Origin: a virus
Virus record (IMG/VR): IMGVR_UViG_3300020045_012645
Span: 1-64,000 of that record
DNA: 64,000 nt
Reading direction: 5' to 3' (one strand)
This document shows positions 59,987 through 64,000 of this stretch, piece after piece. Position 1 is the first letter of the stretch. Each line of letters begins with the position of its first letter. The position numbers and the translations under genes are program-made. Below the pieces are notes generated by a model. The model was not told the origin of the DNA. It did not search any database and saw nothing but the letters and a program-made list of their open reading frames with translations.

Positions 59987-60781
59987 CTAATACATTTTTT
60001 CTCTAATGTCTGTTCTTTCTTTTGTATTTGGTAGACATTTATTTATAATTAACTTTTTTCTTGCTTCTACTGCTTCTTGTATTGTTTCAAAATTTCCTTC
60101 GTAGTATCTTATCTTTTTAAATACTACTTCGTAATAGAATTTTTTACCATTTGGATATACTCCAATTTCATTTGTTCTTGTAGTTTTTCTTCCATATCTC
60201 TTATTTGCTGCTTGAATATTTTTATTTGTCCATCTGCAGTTTTTTGGAGAATATCCAAGATTGTTGTTTTCTCTATCTATTGATAAATCTAAATTTTCTA
60301 CGTATCCATTTTCAATTGACCATTTTCTAAAAAGATTAAAATCATTCCATTCTTCACATACCGATATTCCTCTTGCTCCATAATTCTTGTAGCCTTTGTT
60401 TGTTTTACAATTGCATCTTGATCTTATTGCTTCCCATATCATGTATAATTTTGGAGTATCTTTTTTTCCATTTGATTTTATTCCAGCTCTACATAAACAT
60501 CCAGTTTGTTTTCCTGTTGTAATGTCTCCTACTCTTGCTTCAAATTCTTTTCCACAGTAGTTGCAAAGAAATAATGCAGTTCTTTTTTGATAATTATTAA
60601 ATAATTTATATCCTAAATCTTTTAAAACTTTTATTCCATTTATTTCGTCACTTAATAATGTAGTTGAACTACAACTTCTACATTTATTATGTCCTCTTTC
60701 TCTGAATTGTCTATTTTTTTGTTTTGTTGTTGTTTCTCTAGATTCACCACAAGATTCGCATGCAACATAAATTTTTTTCAT
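59987..60781 (-). CDS. HNH-type homing endonuclease (Zn fingers plus AP2-like C-terminus)
   Basis: YKNYGARGISVCEEW, LSIDRENNNLGYSPKNCRW. Confidence 0.88.
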   Translation of the reverse strand: MKKIYVACESCGESRETTTKQKNRQFRERGHNKCRSCSSTTLLSDEINGIKVLKDLGYKLFNNYQKRTALFLCNYCGKEFEARVGDITTGKQTGCLCRAGIKSNGKKDTPKLYMIWEAIRSRCNCKTNKGYKNYGARGISVCEEWNDFNLFRKWSIENGYVENLDLSIDRENNNLGYSPKNCRWTNKNIQAANKRYGRKTTRTNEIGVYPNGKKFYYEVVFKKIRYYEGNFETIQEAVEARKKLIINKCLPNTKERTDIREKMY

Positions 60782-60917
60782 ATTATATATTCCTTTTTTT
60801 TCATCAATAGTATTATATAATTATAATTATTAATTTAAGCTTTATGTGTCCGTCTAGTTAAGTGCACTTTTTATATGGGAAATTACATGGTTTTATTATT
60901 TATAAACCAATACCCTA

Positions 60918-61466
60918 TTAAAAAGATTCAGCAGGTCCATCCTTTAGAGCACCTCTAATAGTCCTAAATGATTTTCCTGATATTTGTTCTGCATATTTTA
61001 CACATTGTTCTTTATCTTTTGTCAAATCTAAATCTTTTTTCCATTTATGTGGTGGAACTGTAAAAATATTAAGTCCGCAAAGTTCTGCTACTGCCAATAA
61101 TTTACCAAAATTTTGGTTAGTTGTTGAAGTAGAACTTGCTGAATTTCCAAATGACATAGCTGGAGATTCTAAAATAATAGCCACTTTCTCTGGTTCTAAA
61201 AATGTAAAAAATGTTCTTATATTATTTAGAGCCAGATTTATTTCGTATTTTGCAGCTGATATTTGAACTTTTTTTGCTTCACCTTTGTTTGGACCAGACT
61301 TTATAAATTGTTTTTTACCATTAAGTAAATCTAACTTATATCGTGCTGGTTTTGTTTCAACTTTTTTTATAGGCATTTCTATGCACTCTAGTAACTTACC
61401 ATTTTGAAAAATAGATAGTCCACCAGATAATCCAGGATCTACTGAAACAACTGTATTAAATTTCAT
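60918..61466 (-). CDS. RuvC-like Holliday junction resolvase (ends prematurely at AESF*)
   Basis: SVDPGLSGG, ILE, NFGKL, PHKWKK, KDGPAES. Confidence 0.85.
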   Translation of the reverse strand: MKFNTVVSVDPGLSGGLSIFQNGKLLECIEMPIKKVETKPARYKLDLLNGKKQFIKSGPNKGEAKKVQISAAKYEINLALNNIRTFFTFLEPEKVAIILESPAMSFGNSASSTSTTNQNFGKLLAVAELCGLNIFTVPPHKWKKDLDLTKDKEQCVKYAEQISGKSFRTIRGALKDGPAESF

Positions 61467-61476
61467 AGTATTACTA

Positions 61477-62151
61477 CTAGAAATTTAATTTTTCAGCAGC
61501 AGCTTTTGTTTCTTCAGATGATGCAGAAGTTGATGCAGCATTAGCATCTTTTTTTACATAACCTTTGTATGTAAAGATTCCATCTTTGTTTTTTTCAACT
61601 TTTGCTTGGAATTTTTCAATATCTTCATTTCCAGCGTGAGTTACACCTTCGATGTCATTTGAATCTCTGTATGCTTCACCTTCTGCTTTGTTTGAATCTT
61701 GTGAATGTCTAATTAAAGCTTTAACTGATTTGTCATTTAATCCTAATAAGAATACACCTTTACATTCAGCACCAAATGAGCTAACTTTAGTTTCAGCACC
61801 TTGTTTGATGTTTTCCATAGCAACATTTGCAGCAACAGATAATGATTTTAATCTAGCAACGAAACCTTCATTGATTTTACCTGGTTTGTCTGCAGCTTTT
61901 TCTTCATCTGTTTGTTTTAAGTTTTTACCAATATCATCTCTAAATGATAAAGTTCTTTCTTGGTCATTATGTTTTACAGAAATATTTACTTTTAACATTT
62001 CTCCACCAAATTTGTTTGTGTAAAGAATTACTTCTTTAATTTTTGCATCATATACTCCTGAAGGCATTACTTCGAATGCTTCTGCTACTGTTGATGACTT
62101 TGCTGCATCGAATGTTTCTTGACTAATTCCTAATGATTCTAAAATACTCAT
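61477..62151 (-). CDS. Single-stranded DNA-binding protein (putative)
   Basis: PSGVYDAKIKEV; low-complexity tail ending LNF; N4-like synteny ATPase-SSB-resolvase. Confidence 0.7.
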   Translation of the reverse strand: MSILESLGISQETFDAAKSSTVAEAFEVMPSGVYDAKIKEVILYTNKFGGEMLKVNISVKHNDQERTLSFRDDIGKNLKQTDEEKAADKPGKINEGFVARLKSLSVAANVAMENIKQGAETKVSSFGAECKGVFLLGLNDKSVKALIRHSQDSNKAEGEAYRDSNDIEGVTHAGNEDIEKFQAKVEKNKDGIFTYKGYVKKDANAASTSASSEETKAAAEKLNF

Positions 62152-62201
62152 TTTGTTTTTCCCTTAAATTTTAATTGGATTTTTGTTGAATTCTAATATG
62201 T

Positions 62202-62230
62202 AGTACCAGCTAATTTCTGGTACTCTTGAT
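62202..62230. repeat. Inverted CTGGTACT pair
   Basis: agtaccag ctaattt ctggtact cttgat. Confidence 0.9.
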
Positions 62231-62274
62231 TAAAAAAGGACTATAATTGTATCTGTAATTAACTTTTATATTTG

Positions 62275-62496
62275 TTACTTAGCTTCTTCTTCGTAACTAA
62301 TTGCTTCACCACAACAACCTATATCTACAGGCGCTTCTTGTACATTTTGCAATGCTGGCTCATCTGTTAAATCAACAGTTACTTCGATTCCATTTTTTTT
62401 ATTTGCAATTGTTAATTCTTCATTTTGGTTAAACTTTTGTTCTGCCCAAGCTTTTACAATTTCAGATAATTCTTGATTGTTTAATACTATTTTCAA
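62275..62496 (-). CDS. Hypothetical protein
   Basis: TTG start with AAGGA RBS. Confidence 0.65.
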   Translation of the reverse strand: MKIVLNNQELSEIVKAWAEQKFNQNEELTIANKKNGIEVTVDLTDEPALQNVQEAPVDIGCCGEAISYEEEAK

Positions 62497-62508
62497 ATTT
62501 TTTCCTTA

Positions 62509-63165
62509 TTATTTTATTCCGTAGTATGAGCAAATTGCATCATCTACTATTTTTAAATCGTTATCTATATACTCATCTTTTATCATATCTTCTGGTGTTT
62601 TATAAAAATCACGACCAGATGATTGTGTCTTAAATTTATATCCATCTTTAGTTTTTATTGCTCTAATCGAAACAGTAAGTAACGATGGAATATCAATTTT
62701 TTCTGTAATAAATTTACCACCTACTACTTTAATTATTTCATCTCCATTTGCATCCAAATCAATATGGTTCACTATATAAACTCTTACATCATCAGGAAGT
62801 GATTGTGCTGTCATAAGAAGATTATAATAGTTTAATGCACTATTCATAAATTTCTCATAGCCTTTTTCTTTTGCTGTGTCCATTGTTTCTTTAAGAAGTA
62901 AGTGAGTTGAATCATCTATGATTACAATTTTTTTACCATATTCTGGTAACCTTGACAGAACTGCATTGATTGTTGCATAATCTGTTGAATATATATAGTG
63001 TCCAGTTTTTGTTTCTGAATCCCATGCTTTTAATTCTCCTGCTCCAGGAAAAGAAAATGGTTTTCTATTTGGTCTTATTATAAATGTTTCATCCCAATTT
63101 AAGTTCTTAAAAGATCTTGTTTTTCCAGAACCAGATGGTCCAGCAATACTTGTTAAAATACTCAT
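62509..63165 (-). CDS. AAA/Sak4-like ATPase (ssDNA annealing)
   Basis: GPSGSGKT, IIDD, KGYEKF, YKTP, IDNDL. Confidence 0.85.
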   Translation of the reverse strand: MSILTSIAGPSGSGKTRSFKNLNWDETFIIRPNRKPFSFPGAGELKAWDSETKTGHYIYSTDYATINAVLSRLPEYGKKIVIIDDSTHLLLKETMDTAKEKGYEKFMNSALNYYNLLMTAQSLPDDVRVYIVNHIDLDANGDEIIKVVGGKFITEKIDIPSLLTVSIRAIKTKDGYKFKTQSSGRDFYKTPEDMIKDEYIDNDLKIVDDAICSYYGIK

Positions 63166-63259
63166 ATGCGTATTTCCTTTTTTTATATAAAATCATAGGA
63201 CTTACAAATTAGCTGGTACTCTTGAATAAGTACTTATTTGTGCCAATAATGCCAAGATG

Positions 63260-63487
63260 TTATATTAATCGTTCAGTTATTTCAGATATATAATTTAATA
63301 AATTCTCTGGTATTATATGAATAAAATTATTGTTTTCAACATTTTTTATTTCATATTTTGTGATAATACTGCTATCAAATGGATAATCTCTTATTGGACT
63401 AATAATAAACTTATTAAAATTTTTTTGTTTTGGAATATCTATTCCATTTAATTTTATAATTGTTTCAAATATGTCTTGTTTATTCAT
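63260..63487 (-). CDS. Hypothetical protein
   Basis: Start reassigned to MNKQDIF, just after the primase stop. Confidence 0.5.
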   Translation of the reverse strand: MNKQDIFETIIKLNGIDIPKQKNFNKFIISPIRDYPFDSSIITKYEIKNVENNNFIHIIPENLLNYISEITERLI

Positions 63488-63489
63488 AG

Positions 63490-64000
63490 TTATTTTCTTT
63501 GTACTGATCTTATTATTGTTTGCATATCTGAATCTGATATAGAAGATGATAGGCATGAATTTGCTTGTAATAGCCAGCTTTGCCAATCTTGTTCTTGTAT
63601 TTCTTTTTTAAGCAATACTCCAAGAGAATATAGATTGTCGTTTCTGTTTCCATTTGATGTATTTGCCAAAAACCATCTCACTGCTGCATCAACTCTTACT
63701 GAAGCAGGAGCTGATCCACTAGATCTTTCATATTTTGTTACAGATGATGTTGCGTCTTGATGTTCTGAACTATCTGGAATAAATGTTCGAATATCTAAAA
63801 GACTTCCTTCATTGTACCAATGTTCTCCATCTGGATTACCATAATACCATCTTGAAGCGTTTCTACATTTTTTGTCTGCTTCTTCTATTCCAAGTGAACT
63901 AATAACATTCATATATGTATCTGAATATGTCTTGTAGTCTAAGTGGAATGTTGCAACAGTTGGAAGTATTATTCTGAATCTATCACAAGTTACCATTTCG
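63490..64000 (-). CDS. DNA primase C-terminal part (N4 gp43-like, PriCT), 5' truncated by window
   Basis: RFRIILP, GNRNDNLY, ANS.L...I...IIRSV. Confidence 0.8.
   Translation of the reverse strand, partial: EMVTCDRFRIILPTVATFHLDYKTYSDTYMNVISSLGIEEADKKCRNASRWYYGNPDGEHWYNEGSLLDIRTFIPDSSEHQDATSSVTKYERSSGSAPASVRVDAAVRWFLANTSNGNRNDNLYSLGVLLKKEIQEQDWQSWLLQANSCLSSSISDSDMQTIIRSVQRK

Noticed and set aside
59960-60917. Group I intron in resolvase
   Set aside because: Non-coding flanks are short and AT-rich, with no recognisable P7 elements or U|...G| splice junctions; not fully excluded without a covariance search.
1-64000. tRNA/rRNA genes, integrase or host flanks
   Set aside because: None recognised by eye; tRNAscan was not run.

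Overview
AT-rich window that looks like most of an N4-like (Schitoviridae-type) podophage genome. The host is very likely Campylobacterota, judging from the NrdA/NrdB type and the TTTAAG-N11-TATAAT promoters. Layout: (i) 1-3.7 kb, minus strand, early region with two candidate virion-RNAP hairpin promoters and an RNAP II subunit split at an unusual point. (ii) 4.0-47.4 kb, plus strand, with a ParB-like gene, terminase, tail fibres, a lysis cassette preceded by a PAS protein, portal, capsid, Cys-free ejection proteins and a virion RNA polymerase split into 2970 + 1267 aa genes. (iii) 47.4-64 kb, minus strand, replication and nucleotide metabolism: two wHTH proteins beside an iteron-like array, helicase, class Ia and class III RNRs, guanylate kinase, HU, RuvC-like resolvase, SSB, ATPase, primase and two probable nucleotide-sponge anti-defence proteins. 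The strongest unexplained signals are: about 60 copies of CTGGTACT, often as inverted pairs at gene boundaries; the only two cysteines in about 4,240 aa of split vRNAP sitting exactly at the split junction; a ParB-like gene with a 16-bp palindrome; a pseudoknot leader plus iteron array; and an HNH cassette flanked by two versions of the resolvase C-terminus. All family calls are by-eye motif recognition and no searches were run.
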